DNA of 64,000 nucleotides from Squalus acanthias. Taxonomy: Eukaryota. The notes under the pieces are model-generated. The model worked only from the letters and a program-made list of their open reading frames with translations, was not told where the DNA came from and made no database searches. Location of the stretch: positions 806,001-870,000 of the forward strand of contig JASTWF010000123.1 in assembly GCA_030390025.1 (NCBI GenBank), given 5' to 3'. Made by a program: the position numbers and the translations under genes. Below are positions 1-12,550 of the stretch, piece by piece; position 1 is the stretch's first letter; every line of letters begins with the position of its first letter.

Positions 1-30
1 TGCTGTACCTGCCCTGGGAGTGTTTGATGG

Positions 31-645
31 ACAAAATTGAGAGGTCGCACAACACCAGGTTATAGTCCAACAGTTTTATTTGAAATCACAAGCTTTCGGA
101 ACTATCGCTCCTTCCTCAGGTGAAGTAAATTGGATACAGAATCGTCAGAGCATATATAGATGGAAAAAAAAGCATGTGTACTTTACAATTGCAGACCAAT
201 AAATTAAATCATCCTGACTATCTGCCGAGGTGTGATAAAGTTAATTAAGTCAGCCAGGAAGGTACCACATCAAAAGACATCGCAAGATACAACTGAGACA
301 ATGAGGTGAAGTCGCAGGGGTTCTAACGTGTCAAAAGCTGCCGTCTGTATGTAAAACGAAAAGCTTTAAAAAAAAAAATTTACTTTTTTACTGGGAAAAT
401 TTTTACTTTTTTACTGGGAATCACATCTGTGAACAAGCTAACGACGACTCGAGTCCGGATCACGTCATGTATCGTGACATAAACCCAAGATCCCGATTGA
501 GACCGTCTTCATGAGTGCAGAACTTGGCTATCAGTTTCTGCTCGATGATTTTGCGTTGTCGTGTGTTTCTAAGGTTGCCTTGGAGAACGCTTACCCGCAG
601 ATCCGAGGCTGAATGTCCTTGACTGCTGAAGTGTTCCCCGACTGG
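31..645 (-). mobile_element. Penelope-like element 3' fragment (GIY-YIG C-terminus plus terminal region with hammerhead ribozyme)
   Basis: The minus strand reads LPVGEHFSSQGHSASDLRVSVLQG...EQKLIAKFCTHEDGLNRDLGF, a typical PLE GIY-YIG C-terminus. It is followed by a hammerhead core and AATAAA. Confidence 0.8.
86..123 (-). ncRNA. Minimal type-I hammerhead ribozyme (PLE-associated)
   Basis: Minus strand: TCAC-CTGAGGA-aGGAGCgataGTTCC-GAAA-GCT-T-GTGA. The core is intact, with helix II GGAGC/GTTCC, palindromic helix III AGCT and helix I TCAC/GTGA. Confidence 0.8.
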
Positions 646-1309
646 GAGTGTTTGATGGGACAGTGTAGAGGGAGCTTTACTCTGTATCTAACCCGTGCTG
701 TACCTGGCCTGGGAGTGTTTGATGGGACAGTGTAGAGGGAGCTTTACTCTGTATCTAACCCGTGCTGTACCTGCCCTGTGAGTGTTTGATGGGACAGTGT
801 AGAGGGAGCTTTACTGTGTATCCAACCCGTGCTGTACCTGCCCTGGGAGTGTTTGATGGGGCAGTGTGGAGGGAGTGTTTGATGGAACAGTGTAGATGGT
901 ATTTGCTTTATGTGTAACAGAAAACTGTCAGGTTTAGGTGTTCGAATTAACCCTGAATGAAAACTTCATAAACCCCTCAATGAACAGCCCTCGGTTTACT
1001 AGAAGCACAGTGACTATTTGTTATTAACACTTCACAGATGTCCGAAACTCTGCGATAACATCAAGACTAGTTCCTTCTCCTTACACTTCCTCTCAGATTT
1101 CACAAGCAAGCTTAATCTGAGCAGGGGGACCTCCCAGAGGGACCTTGTTACTAAAAAGAATAAGCACGATGCTTTAGATATGGAAATATAGTTCTGATTT
1201 TGTCCTTTGCACCAACAAACAGGTTTATATTTACCAAAAGGGGCCAGATTGGCAGAACCGAAACTAATGGGCAAAAGGTCTCCAACATCGAGACTTGGTC
1301 CTCATCTCA

Positions 1310-1625
1310 GACCCAGTCCTCAAGGTACAGTCTGACCAGAACTGGACCCAGTCCTCAAGGTACAGTCTGACCAGAAATGGACCCAGTCCTCAAGGTACAG
1401 TCTGACCAGAACTGGACCCAGTCCTCAAGGTATACTCTGACCAGAACTGGACCCAGTCCTCAAGGTACAGTCTGACCAGAACTGGACCCAGTCCTCAAGG
1501 TACAGTCTGACCAGAAATGGACCCAGTCCTCAAGGTACAGTCTGACCAGAACTGGACCCAGTCCTCAAGGTATAGTATGACCAGAACTGGACCCAGTCCT
1601 CAAGGTACAGTCTGACCAAAACTGG
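1310..1625 (+). repeat. 35-bp tandem repeat, about 9 copies (gacccagtcctcaaggtacagtctgaccagaactg)
   Basis: Near-perfect 35-bp periodicity, read directly. Confidence 0.95.
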
Positions 1626-1989
1626 TCCTCGTCCTCAATATGCAGAATAAATTTTAAAAAAAATTGCTGCCCTGCTGTTGTGTTGCGAATGCTTTATTTT
1701 GTTAAATTTGGCAACAGTTTAAACCTTAAGTAAGATTAAAAATAATATATAATGTAAGATGGATTTTCACTTAATCTTCTGCTTGTGCAAGTTGTACAAT
1801 CTCTCGCAGTATCTGTCCTTCTCTCTCCATTCTCTCTCTGCCTCTCTCGGTTTCTCTCTCTATATCTGTAAATATCTATTTATATCTCTTTCAATCTCTC
1901 TCTATATTCTGTGTCTGTCTGTCTCTCACTGTGCTCTCTCTATGTGGCTCTCTGTGTGTCCTTGTCTCTATATCTCTCTCTTCTCGCTC

Positions 1990-2107
1990 TAAGCTCCATA
2001 ACATCGTCTGACTCCGCCTCTGCCGCAGCTCATCTGCTGCTGAAACCCTCATCCCTGCCTTTGTTACCTCTAGACTTGCCTATCCCACGCTCTGCTGGCC
2101 AGCCTCC
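1990..2107 (+). mobile_element. L2 LINE fragment
   Basis: ctcatctgctgctgaaaccctcatccctgcctttgttacctctagact matches the SAAETLIHAFI.SRL segment of the L2 at 56.6-57.7 kb. Confidence 0.65.
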
Positions 2108-2930
2108 TGTTATTTTAAACAATCTACCATTGTTCACTTGAGTAGTAATGAATTCAGTCTTATGGTTAGAACCACTTTATTTTTTCCACTTTAACATAAA
2201 AAATAATCTAAAAACAGAATATAATCTCTTCAGAGTTTAACGCAATTCACAAGTCGAGTTTTGTCAGCAGATTTGAACATAGACATGTGCTCATCCTTGT
2301 ACATTTCTCTCTTCTAAAACTTAACACAAAAGCTTCTTTTTAAGACACTCTTTTTCTCCTTATCAAACTGGAACCTACATTGCCTTATATGGTAGTCTCT
2401 GTTCAATGCAGAGTCCTTCAGCCGATTCTTACCCACACAAGTTTACATTTCTCTACAACATACATACATCAACAACTTTTCACATAAGTTGCAGTGTCCT
2501 TGTTGTTGTGACTGTAACAGTTATAATCGAAATATTCTATTATGGCACCACTATAAACATCCCAAGGCCTTACTTCAATCTTGAGCAGTGGCTGTTGCTT
2601 GGGTGATCTGTAATTCTCTCTCTCTCTCTCTCTCGATTGTTGCTGGGCTCGGGTATCTCTCTCTCCCTCATGAGTCAACATCCCTTACTTTTTTATTTTT
2701 TATATTGGTCAGCTACCTCTTAACAGAGTGTTTTATACCCTTCTTTACATTAATAATCCTGGCTCCCTTTCAGTGCCCTTGATATCTCCTTACCTTTCCT
2801 TATATTTTCTATGTCCCTCATCGATTTCCTCACACAACATAATGCAATGGCCAGGATCCCTAATGCTATTAGCTGGGCTATCACCAAGCCCATCTGGGAC
2901 AATGTTGCCCAGGGGTTTAGTTCCACACTA
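2108..2930 (-). mobile_element. Possible solo LTR
   Basis: Minus-strand TATAAAA near 2731-2737 and AATAAA at 2176-2181. One TG...CA frame (2139-2925) is flanked by CACT on both sides. Boundaries are ambiguous. Confidence 0.35.
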
Positions 2931-3002
2931 GTGGCTACTTCCCACCATTCATGATTCCCAAGTCTCATCTCCACTGCCTGCTCTATCTCTCTATTTGTCT
3001 AA

Positions 3003-3130
3003 TATAAAGACAGAAAATGCTGGAAACACTCAGCAGCTCAGGCAGTGTCTGTGGAGAGAGAAACAGAGTTAACATTTCAGGTCGATGACCTTTCATCAGA
3101 CTTTCAGCATCCGCAGTATTTTGCTTTTGT
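3003..3130 (-). mobile_element. Short non-coding Penelope terminal fragment with hammerhead core
   Basis: Same sequence as the termini of the PLEs at 9690-9810 and 23666-23770. Minus-strand CTGATGA-aaggtcatcgacct-GAAA at about 3067-3102. Confidence 0.75.
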
Positions 3131-3162
3131 ATCTCTATTTGTCTGTAACATTTGCACCCCAT

Positions 3163-5250
3163 GGCCAGAATTTTCTGATGTCCACGCGGGCGGGAATGAA
3201 GGCGGGTCGGGAGGGAAATTTGAAATAACTTGGAGCAGGTCAGGAACCCGCCGTCATCCCGCCCCCAAGCGCCTTTCCCTCGGGTGCGTCTGACAGCGTG
3301 GCAGCGGCCCGAACGGCAGAGGCGGCCGAACTAGTTCAGATGATCATCAGGTACTTGTCAAGACCCTTAATCGTCTTTTTAACCCTACCTTTCAAATTTC
3401 CCCTGGATGACCGTGGGAATCACACAGCTCGGGAACCACGTCCGTGAACTTGAGGCAGAAGTTGAGTGGCCATTGATCCCGCTCATTAGTGCACAGCATC
3501 GAAAGCACAATAAATACTCCCACCTGACACCTGGGGGGTAAATTCGGTTGATGAGCGCCTCCCGTTAGCGCCCGGGCGCTGCGCTGTTTGTGCCACTCGC
3601 GAAGTTGACCAAACATTTTGCGGCGGCACTAAACACTACCGCCACGATCTCCTGCGCCCGCAGATAATGAAGCAGTCCATGCCCGCATGCAACAAGACCT
3701 GGACGATGTTCAGGCTTGGGCTGATAAGTGGCAGGTAACATTCGCGCCACAGAAGTGCCAGGCAATGACTATCTCCAACAAGCGAGAGTCTGACCACCTC
3801 CCCTTGACATTCAATGGCATTACCATCGCCGAATCCCCCACTATCAACATTCTGGGAGTCACCATTAACCAGAAACTTAACTGGACCAGCCACATAAATA
3901 CTATGGCAACAAGAGCAGGTCAGAGGCTAGGTATTCTGTGGCGAGTGTCTCACCTCCTGACTCCCCAAAGCCTTTCCACCATCTACAAGGCACAAGTAAG
4001 GAGTGTGATGGAATACTCTCCATTGCCTGGATGAGTGCAGCTCCAACAACACTCAAGAAGCTCGACACCATCCAGGACAAAGCAGCCCGCTTGATTGGCA
4101 CCCCATCCACCACCTTAAACATTCACTCCCTCCACCATCAGCGTACCGTGGCTGCAGTGTGTACCATCTACAAGATTTACTGCAGCAACTCGCCAAGGCT
4201 TCTTCGACAGCACCCCCCAAACCCACAACCTCTTCCACCTAGAAGGACAAGGGCAGCAAGCGCATGGGAACACCACCACCTCCAAGTTCCCCTCCAAGTC
4301 ACACACCATCCTGACTTAGAAGTATATCGCCGATCCTTCATCGTCGCTGGGTCAAAATCCTGGAACTCCCTACCTGACAGCACTGTGGGAGTACCTTCAC
4401 CACACGGACTGCAGCGGTTCAAGAAGGCGGCTCACCACCACCTTCTCAAGGGCAACTAGGGATGGGCAATAAATGCTGGCGTTGCCAGCGATGCCCACAT
4501 CCCATAAACGAATTTTAAAAAAAAGAAGATCGTGACGTCAGTCGAGCGTGCAACGCCCTGGTAGCGCCCCGGACCGGATATTGAGTGGCGGCCCCTGCCT
4601 TACCGCCTGCCGCTAGCAATGACAGGTTGAGGGGAACATTTTGTAGTCAGGGAGGGACTGGGGTAGCGCTATTTAAAGGCGACTGCTTCCTGCCTTTTTT
4701 TGTCGGCGACATTTTTGCACCACGCATTCTGAGAGAGAGAGACTTCTGGAGAGATTCAACGCTGTGTGAAGGAGTTTTGGGTACTGAGCATCACTTTGCA
4801 GGTTCATTTTGATTTGACTTTCCTTGTATCGATTTAGCAGAGACTGTGGGGGCTGCACTCTGAGCTCTTTCCCTGGGACTCTCCATTGTTCTTTCCAGCA
4901 GATTTGATGTACAGGTCTCTCCAGGCTGAGATTCAAGGCTGCAATGAGCAGGGTGTGGATGGAGATCAAGATCGACCCTCCCCTGAAAGAACTGGCCCTG
5001 TGCCATTGTGTGTCTGTGTTCCATTGCTGACTAACATCACATGAGCTTCGCCAACGCTCTGAGGTAGCGCCTCGCTCCTCGGCGTTAGCGCCTTAAGAGA
5101 GGTGTGTAGCGCCTGATTTAGCGCTCCAATCACCTCCAGGGGCGATAGAAGCCAAGTTTGCAGTTGGAGGCGATAATTAGCGGCAGGCACTAAACTTTGC
5201 GCCCGGCCGATAATTGCGCCCCAAACGGGGCGATACCAAATTTCTCCCCC
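3163..5250. mobile_element. GC/CpG-rich non-autonomous PIF/Harbinger-related sequence, split by a LINE insertion
   Basis: Ends in aatttctcccc (5239-5250), the same as the end of the Harbinger at 8793-8804. Shares gatcgtgacgtcagt(c)gag.gtgcaacgc with the Harbinger left arm at about 46434. Confidence 0.55.
3661..4525 (+). mobile_element. LINE 3' fragment (CR1/L2-group family B), frameshifted
   Basis: ORFs 3687-4034 and 3938-4459 give the RT C-terminal region (QQDLDDVQAWADKWQVTFAPQKC...WNSLP). It has a 3' stem-loop and an A-rich tail. Confidence 0.9.
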
Positions 5251-5622
5251 CTGGTTACTTTCCTAAGGCGAGTTACTTTCCTGTCCTCTGGAACTCGCTG
5301 CCTAGTATCTTCACTTTGCTTCTTCCCTCCTTGCTATCGAAACCTTTTTCCTTGACTGTACTTTTAGCCTAACCGTTTCCATTTCTCCTCTTACCTCTCT
5401 TGGTTGGCACCCACTGCTTTGTCCTCCATGTTAAAGCAATTTAATGTATCCTCCTGCATTGTCTTCAGTCCCCGCCACAAACTCCGTTCCCTAGCCACTG
5501 ATTTAAGAAGGGAAGGCCTGCAGTACCGTGGCGCGACGTGCCACGATATTCCCTCGCAGCGCCCCAAGAGGGAGGCGGGGCACTTCCAGTAGTGAAGTTA
5601 CTATCCGCTCTCCACCTGGCTC

Positions 5623-6012
5623 ATGACTCCCCTCCGTAACCCCAACACTCCTGCTCAGCACTCATATAATGAGAGCCATGCTGCCACCAGGAACATCATG
5701 GAGCAGACCATCGGGGTGCTCAAGCAATGGATCCGCTGCCTTGACCGCTCGGGAGGAGCCCTCCAGTACTCGGCTGAGCAGGTGTCCCGTTTTGTCGTGG
5801 TCTGCTGCATGTTCCACAACTTGGCCATCATGAGGGCCCAGCCCTCGCCACCAGGGATTGCAGGGCCACCAAGGGAGGAGGAAGAGGGAGAGGAGGAGGG
5901 GGACGAGGAGGATGAGGAGGAAGATGAGGAGGAACGAGGGACGAGGCAGCCACTCAATCGGCCTTCCGGAAGGACGGTCCGTGATCGCCTCATCAGACTG
6001 CGGTTCCAGTAA
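5623..6012 (+). pseudogene. Harbinger DDE transposase, C-terminal fragment
   Basis: WLMTP...[35 protein letters not shown]...VVCCMFHN and G..VRDRLI are HARBI1-type motifs. Confidence 0.85.
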
Positions 6013-6177
6013 ATTAAACCCCAGAACCCCGTTGCTCACCACATCCCCATCATTCCATCCCTGTCGCAGGCCATGTCACAGCGTAAAACTGAAATGAGAG
6101 ACACCACAAAATCATCCAAAGCCAATTAATACATTTATCAATAATCAGTGAACACATCGTTACAACAACAACATTAC

Positions 6178-8659
6178 CTATTCACCCTTGTGCAATCCCT
6201 TAGTGCCCCTCGTTACTGTGCCTTTGCCTACTCTAGTGCTTCTATGAAGTGTTGGCCCAGTGGCTGCAGCACGGCTGGTGGAAGGTTGCTGAGTGTCCGT
6301 GTGGGAGACTTCAGGTGGCCTTGCAGGACGCCCTTGTCCAGCTTTGGGCCTGGAAGGCCCGGCTGTAGACTGCCCCACCTCAGCATGGGCGGCAGCAGTC
6401 TGGGCTGGCTGGATGACAGGCAGCGACAAGGGCAATGGCGGAGTGGCAGTGGTGGGAGCAGGAATGCTGTAATTCTGAGAGAGGACAGCAGCTTCCTGCT
6501 CCACTGACACACTGCCACTCCCCCGGGGCAGCACCTCAGCATCACTACCAATCTGTTGCAGCACAGATTGCTGGGGTGCTGCGACACCGTGAAAGCCCCG
6601 GTGGATGGTGGTCGACCCAGCCACGATGGCAGCAGTCAGAGCTTGCGTGGCATCAAGCTGAGACTGCATGAGAGCAGTCTGAGAATCGATGGCACCAAGC
6701 ATAGACTGCATTACAGCACTAAGACGTTGCGTGGCTTCTGCCTGTGCTGCAATGGAAGCTGCGACATCGCCCATCACACACGGCATGAGGTCTGGGTCAC
6801 CACGGTCTCTCTGGGAATCCACCATCCTTTGCAGACTGCAAATGATGGGCTCCATGCAATGTTGGAGGCGGACTGCTCCACACTCCTTACCATTGCCGAG
6901 AGGCTCTCAGGCACCCTTGCCATTGCAGCTATCATCTCCGTGTGCATGCCCATCACCCTTCTTCTAAAGGCCTCCCATCGAGGTCCTCATCTGAGACCAG
7001 TGCAGCAGAACTTGCGCCCGAACTCACTCTCCGGGGAGCTGACTCCTGAACTACCCTTTCCCCCTGGCCTTGCTGCAGCCCGCTCATCCCCGGTGCCTCG
7101 CCCTGTGCAGATCCTGCTACTATACTAGCCTCTAAAGAACGCGGAGTGTCAGTATCTGAGCTGGTGCCTGCGGGTGAGACATGCAGTGACACGGTGTGTT
7201 CTTCGTCCTCCTCTTCTTCCGCCTCGCTCTCTCCGGTGCCCTCAGTTGCTTGCTCATTATCTGAAAGCATAAAGGCACAAGAGTCGGGTGAGGGGAGGGG
7301 GGCAGGAAGGGAGAAAGGCATGCATATAGCATGATCAGCTGGAAGTGGGGGGAAGTGCGATGTGAGAAGAAGGAGTAGGGATGAAAATACCATTGTTGTC
7401 CCCAAGGGGGTCAACGTCGCCGGTGGCCACGGCGCCCACCACCTGGTACCCAATGATCTGCAGCACTCTATTCTCCAGCGCAGACAGTGGTTGGGTGTCG
7501 GCTTGTCCCCTGTCTGTGCGCTCCTGCTCCCTCCTGTTGTGAGCCACCTTGGCCTGCAAGAGAAAGGAAAGTGTGTGAGTGAGTGTGGAGCAATGTGTTT
7601 GGGCGCTGTGCCTGCCATAGTTGAATAGCTGTCATTGTGAGCACTGTACAAAACGCTAGTTAGGCCACAGCTGAAATACTGTGTGCAGTTCTGGTCGCCA
7701 CACTATAGGAAGGATGTGATTGCATTGGAGAGGGTGCAGAGGAGATTCACCAGGATGTTACCTGGGCTGGAACGCTTCAGCTATGGAGAGAGACTGGACA
7801 GGCTGGGGTTGTTTTCCTTAGAGCAGAGAAGCCTGAGGGGGGGACCTGATTGAGGTTTACAAAATTATGAGGGGCATAGATAGGGTAGATAGAAAGGAAC
7901 TTTTCCCCTTAGTAGAGGGGTCAATAACCAGGGGGCATAGTTTCAAGAGAAGGGGCAGGAGGTTTAGAGGGGATTTGAGGAGAAACTTTTTCACCCAGAG
8001 GGTGGTTGGAATCTGGAACTCACTGCCCTGAAAGTGTGGTAGAGGCAGGAACCCTCACAACATTCAAGAAGCATTTAGATGAGCACTTGAAACGCCATAG
8101 CATACAAGGCTACGGACCAAGTGCTGGAAAATGGGATTAGAATAGACAGGGCTTGATGGCCGGCGCGGACACGATGGGCCAAAGGGCCTCTTTCTGTGCT
8201 GTATAACTCTATGACTCTGAGTGTGGAGCAATGTGTTTGGGCGATGTGCCTGCCATAGTTGAATAGCTGTCATTGTGTGCAAGGTGTGAGATGTGGGTGT
8301 GAGTGTTGGTAGGTGGAGATTGTTGGTGGGTGAGTGCTGGGGTGTGGTGCTTTGGGCAGTGTGTGCAGACTGAGGTTCAGACGGTGGTATGTAGCATTTG
8401 TTGAAGCATTGACTCACCCTGACCACCCGAGTGAGGTCGGTAAATTTCTTCCTGCACTGTGTGTGGGTCCTGGGGACCACAGTGCTGCCCGAGACCTGCT
8501 GGTCTACCTCCTCCGCAGGGCGCGGAAGACTTGCGGCGAGGGCCTCCTGCCACTTGTCGGGTACAGCACCGCCCTCCGTCTCTCCACAGCGAAGACCAAG
8601 GCCTCCAATGCTTGGTGGCAGAATCTGCGAGCTCTCTCCCTGGGCCGTTGATCTGCCAT
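6178..8659 (-). pseudogene. Harbinger Myb/SANT-like DNA-binding protein (multi-exon, degenerate)
   Basis: MADQRPRERARRFCHQALEALVFAVERRRAVL...RTHTQCRKKFTDLTR, then an exon KVAHNRREQERT...LSALENRVLQIIG, then an acidic/low-complexity C-terminus. Confidence 0.75.
7640..8217 (+). mobile_element. 5'-truncated CR1 LINE inside a Harbinger intron, flanked by a 60-bp direct repeat
   Basis: Encodes [19 protein letters not shown]...FFTQRVVGIWNSL and has a taactctatgactct tail. Flanks 7580-7639 and 8218-8277 match with one mismatch. Confidence 0.9.
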
Positions 8660-8989
8660 AATGACACCTCCTTCAGTGGTCCGGTTCCTTCTCCTTGGCC
8701 TTCTGCTGCTTGCTGAGACAGCGAGATTCACGAGCGCCTGGCGCTAAATCTCAAACTTTTCAGAAGTTAGCGCCCATTCCTGGGCTATAATGAATTTCTC
8801 CCCCAGAAAGAGGATGAGAAACAGACAGACAGAAAGAGACAAAGAAAACAGAAGAGAGAGACAGTAAGAAATTTATAAAATGCCCTTCAAATCATCTGGC
8901 TGTTGGAAAGCTTTTCACTGTCAATGAGTTACTGTGTTTAACCCATTGCCTGCCCTTTCTTCTCCATCCCTGTTAGAGGCAGACAGACA

Positions 8990-9810
8990 CACCCCAACAC
9001 CCCTTCCCCTTCGCCCGGCACCTTCCCGTGCAAGTGCAGGAGATGCAACACCTGCCCTTTTACCTTTGCCCTTCCCACTGTCCAGGGCCCCAAACACCCC
9101 TTCCAGGTGAAACAGCGATTTACTTGTACTTCTTGCAATTTAATATACTGTATTCGCTGCTCACGATGTGGTCTCCTCTACATTGGGGAGACCAAACGCA
9201 GATTGGGTGACTGCTTTGCGGAACACCTCCGTTCAGTCCGTAAGGGTGACCCCGAGCTTCCAGTCGCCTGTCACTTTAATTCTCCGCTCCACTCCCACTC
9301 TGACCTCTCCATCCTCGGCCTCTTACACTGTTCCAATGAAGCTCAACGTAAGCTCGAGGAACAGCACCTCATCTTTCGATTAGGCACTTTACAGCCTTCT
9401 GGACTCAACATAGAGTTCAACAATTTCAGACCATAACCTCGGCCCCTGTCTTTCTCTCTCTCACATGGCAGCTGTTGATCATTCTGCCATTGCCATTTAC
9501 ACCTCATCTGGAGCCATCTTTTGTTTCTTAACTTGTCGCATTACCATCTCCTTTTGCCTCGCACCATCGTCCCTTTTGTCTTTTAATCTCTCCTGCCTTC
9601 CATCCTATCACAGACCTTCCCTTTTGTTCTTTCCTCCCCTCCCCCCTTTCCCTGCCCCTGCACTTGCTTAAGAATCTGTTCCATCTCTAACTTTTTCCAG
9701 TTCTGACGAAGGGTCACAGACCTGAAACGTTAACTCTGGTTTTTTTCTCTCTCCAAGGATGCTGCCTGACCTGCTGGGTGTTTCCAGCATTTTCTGTTGT
9801 TATTTCAGAC
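8990..9810 (+). mobile_element. Penelope-like element 3' fragment (GIY-YIG endonuclease, 3' UTR, hammerhead)
   Basis: ORF 9107-9436 FTCTSCNLIYCIRCSRCGLLYIGETKRRL..FAEH...GLN is a GIY-YIG domain. Confidence 0.9.
9699..9735 (+). ncRNA. Minimal type-I hammerhead ribozyme (PLE-associated)
   Basis: AGTT-CTGACGA-aGGGTCacaGACCT-GAAA-CGT-T-AACT. The core is intact, with helix I AGTT/AACT and palindromic helix III ACGT. Confidence 0.85.
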
Positions 9811-9982
9811 TCAGTTGAAGAGCTCCCACTGGCTCAAGCCCCTCTGGCCCAGTGGGCTCCTCCAGTGCTGCAACACCGCCACCCAGTGGCAGCGCGTTAT
9901 TATTACAAGGAACCAGCTGCCTTCGGTTTGGCTGCTGCCCAATACGTGATCTGAGCCATTACAGGCAGAAGGAATCCAACCC

Positions 9983-10165
9983 AAAAGCAAAATGCTGCAG
10001 ATGATGGAAACCTGAAATAAAAACAGAAAACGCTGGAAACACTCAGCAGGGCAGGCAACACCAGTGGAGAGAGAAACAGAGTTAACGTTCCAAGTCGATG
10101 ACCCTTCATCAGAACTGGAAGAAGTTAGAGATTTAACAGTTTATAAGCAAGTACAGAGCCAGGGA
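9983..10165 (-). mobile_element. Penelope terminal fragment with degenerate hammerhead (GAAA to GGAA)
   Basis: Reverse complement of 9660-9810, plus the downstream tail. Confidence 0.75.
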
Positions 10166-10204
10166 AAATTCCCCATTCTATTCTCTCCTCAGCCTCCTCC
10201 ACTG

Positions 10205-10700
10205 TTTGGAACATAGGAACAGGAGGAGGCCATTTCGCCCCCTCGAGCCTGATCCACCATTCAATGAGCTCATGGCTGATCTGTGACCTAACTCCAGATA
10301 CCTGCCTTTGCCCCATATCCCTGAATACCTTCGGTTAATAGAAATCTATCAATCTCCGATTTAAAATTAACAATTGATCTGGCATCGATTGCCGTTTGTG
10401 GAAGAGAGTTCCAAACTTCTAACACCCTTTGTGTGTAGAAGTGTTTCCTAACTTCACTCCTGAAAGGTCTGGCTCTGATTTTTAGACCATGTCCCCTAGT
10501 TCTAGAATCCCCAACCAGTGGAAATAGTTTCTCTCTATCTACCCTATCTGTTCCCCTTAATATCCTGAAAACTTCAATCAAATCACCCCTTAACCTTCTA
10601 AATTCCAGGGAATACAACCCTAGTTTGTGTAATCTCTCCGCGTAACTTAACCCTTGGAGTCCGGGTATCATTCTGGTAAATCTACGCTGCACTCCCTCTA
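10205..10700 (-). mobile_element. CR1 LINE 3' fragment
   Basis: ORF 10288-10758 [15 protein letters not shown]...GIQGYGAKAGIWS, followed by a 3' stem-loop and tail. Confidence 0.9.
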
Positions 10701-12550
10701 AGGGAGGGCTCAGGGGGAAATTACAATACAAATAGTACAAATAGTAGTTCAAAAACAAATGAAAGGGAAGAGAGTAGAGTAGCCGTCAGAAATTGTACTT
10801 TCGGCACTACAGGTAAAGGCAAAACTAAAAGATGTAAAGCGATTAAACCAGGAGAGAGAAATAAGAATCAAGTGAATAAAGCATCAGAGCTAAAGGACAG
10901 GCTAGGGTGCGTGGCCCAAATAAGTGTTCTTTATACAAACGCACAGAGTATAAGGAATAAATTGAATGAACTGCAGGCACGAATTGAAATTGGAGGGTTT
11001 GACATGGTAGCCATTACTGAGACATGGCTGCAAGACGGTCAGGACTGGGAACTAAATATACCAGGTTATAAGGTCTACAGGAAAGATAGGGAAAATGGCA
11101 GAGGGGGCCAATCACTTCAATGATAAAAGAGGATTTAAGAAATAGGAAAGGATCTAAGACTGCAGTGGGAGTTGTGTATAGGCCCCCTGGTAGTAGCTCT
11201 GAAGTGCTAGATTGTATAAATGCAGAGATTAGGCAAGCGTGTAGTAAAGGCAGAGTGGTTTTAATGGGGGATTTTAACTTTCATATTGATTGGGAAAAGC
11301 AGACTAGCACCTGTCAGAAAGGTAGTGAATTTCTTGAGTGTGTCCGGGCTAGTTTTCTACAACAATATGTTCTAGAGGCAATAAGGGGGCAAGCCATATT
11401 AGATTTAGTAATGAGCCAGATTTAGTTAACAGCCTAACTGTGCGTGAACATTTATCCAATAGCGATCATAACATGATCGAGTTCAAAGTAGCGTTTGAAA
11501 GGGAGAAACACGAAACAGCTACTAAGATTCTAGATTTAGGTAAGGCCGACTTCAACGGGATTCGGCAGAGACTGTCCGCAGTAAACTGGGCAAATCTGTT
11601 CATGGGTAAAACGAAAGAAGATCAGTGGGAGATGATTAAAAAATAATTTAACGAAATACAGAACCAGTTTATACCCCCGGAGGCCAAAAAAACCAGCTAT
11701 GGACAACTAAAGAGGTCAGGGACAGCATAAAACTAAAGGAAAGGGCCGACAAAAACATAAAAATAGCACAGATCCTGGCGAATGGGAAAGATACAAAGAA
11801 CAGCAAAGGGTCACAAAACAGATAGTGAGAGCTACAAAAAGGGAGTATGAAAAGAAACTTGCAAGTGGTATCAAAATCAACACACAGAATTTTTACAATT
11901 ACATTTGGAAAAAGAGGGTAGTCAGGAGCAATGTTGGCCCCTTAAAAACTGAAAGTGGTGATATTGTCAATGACAATGGGGAAATGGCGGACTTGTTGAA
12001 TAATTACTTTGCATCAGTATTTACAGTAGAAAAGGACAGCATGCCGGAAATCCCAAAGAAACCAATATTGAATCGGGGACAGGGACTCAATAAAATTAAC
12101 ATAGGTAAAATAAAAGTAATAAAGAAAATAATGGCACTAAAGAGGGACAAATCCCCAGGATCAGATGGTTTCCATTCCAGGATTTTAAAGGAAATAGGTG
12201 AACACATTGCAGATGCCCGAACTATAATCTTCCAAAGTTCTTTCGATTCAGGAACCGTTCCTTTAGATTGGAAAATTGCGCATGTCACTCCGCTATTTAA
12301 GAATGGTGAGAGAGGGAAACCAGGGAATTATAGACCAGTTAGCCGAACATCTGTTGTGGGGAAATTGCTAGAGTCCATAATTAAGGATAGGGTGACTGAA
12401 CACCTCGAAAATTGACAGCTGATCAGAGAGAGCCAGCATGGATTTGTGAAAGGTAGGTCATGCCTGACAAACCTGATTGAATTTTTAGAAGTAGTGGACA
12501 GGTGAATGTCGATGGATGTTATTTATACGGACTTCCAAAAGGCATTTGAT
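10701..12550 (+). mobile_element. CR1 LINE ORF2 5' half (endonuclease and N-terminal RT), deleted and frameshifted
   Basis: YTNAQSIRNK, AITETWL, GDFNF, SDHN, NYRPVS and KAFD motifs. It breaks at KAFD (12550), and the same subfamily resumes at 16341. Confidence 0.9.

Larger units (their letters stand above)
1..897 (+). repeat. 67-bp tandem repeat (ctgggagtgtttgatgggacagtgtagagggagctttactctgtatctaacccgtgctgtacctgcc), interrupted by a Penelope fragment
   Basis: Unit starts at 642, 709, 776 and 843 (67-bp period). A partial unit occupies 1-30, before the insertion. Confidence 0.9.
5595..8804. mobile_element. PIF/Harbinger DNA transposon (left part missing) with convergent transposase and Myb/SANT genes
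   Basis: Transposase C-terminus on +, multi-exon Myb/SANT gene on -, and a terminal aatttctccccc. Confidence 0.85.

Noticed and set aside
1006-1045. CACAGTG heptamer as an RSS
   Set aside because: There is no ACAAAAACC-like nonamer at 12 or 22/23 bp, and no adjacent V, D or J segment.
1038-1191. Possible + strand exon after ttcacag
   Set aside because: The open frames are short, with no recognisable homology and no clear donor site.
10205-12550. Twin-priming 5' inversion of a single CR1
   Set aside because: The + strand element has its own 3' end at 16341-16575, so two separate insertions explain it more simply.
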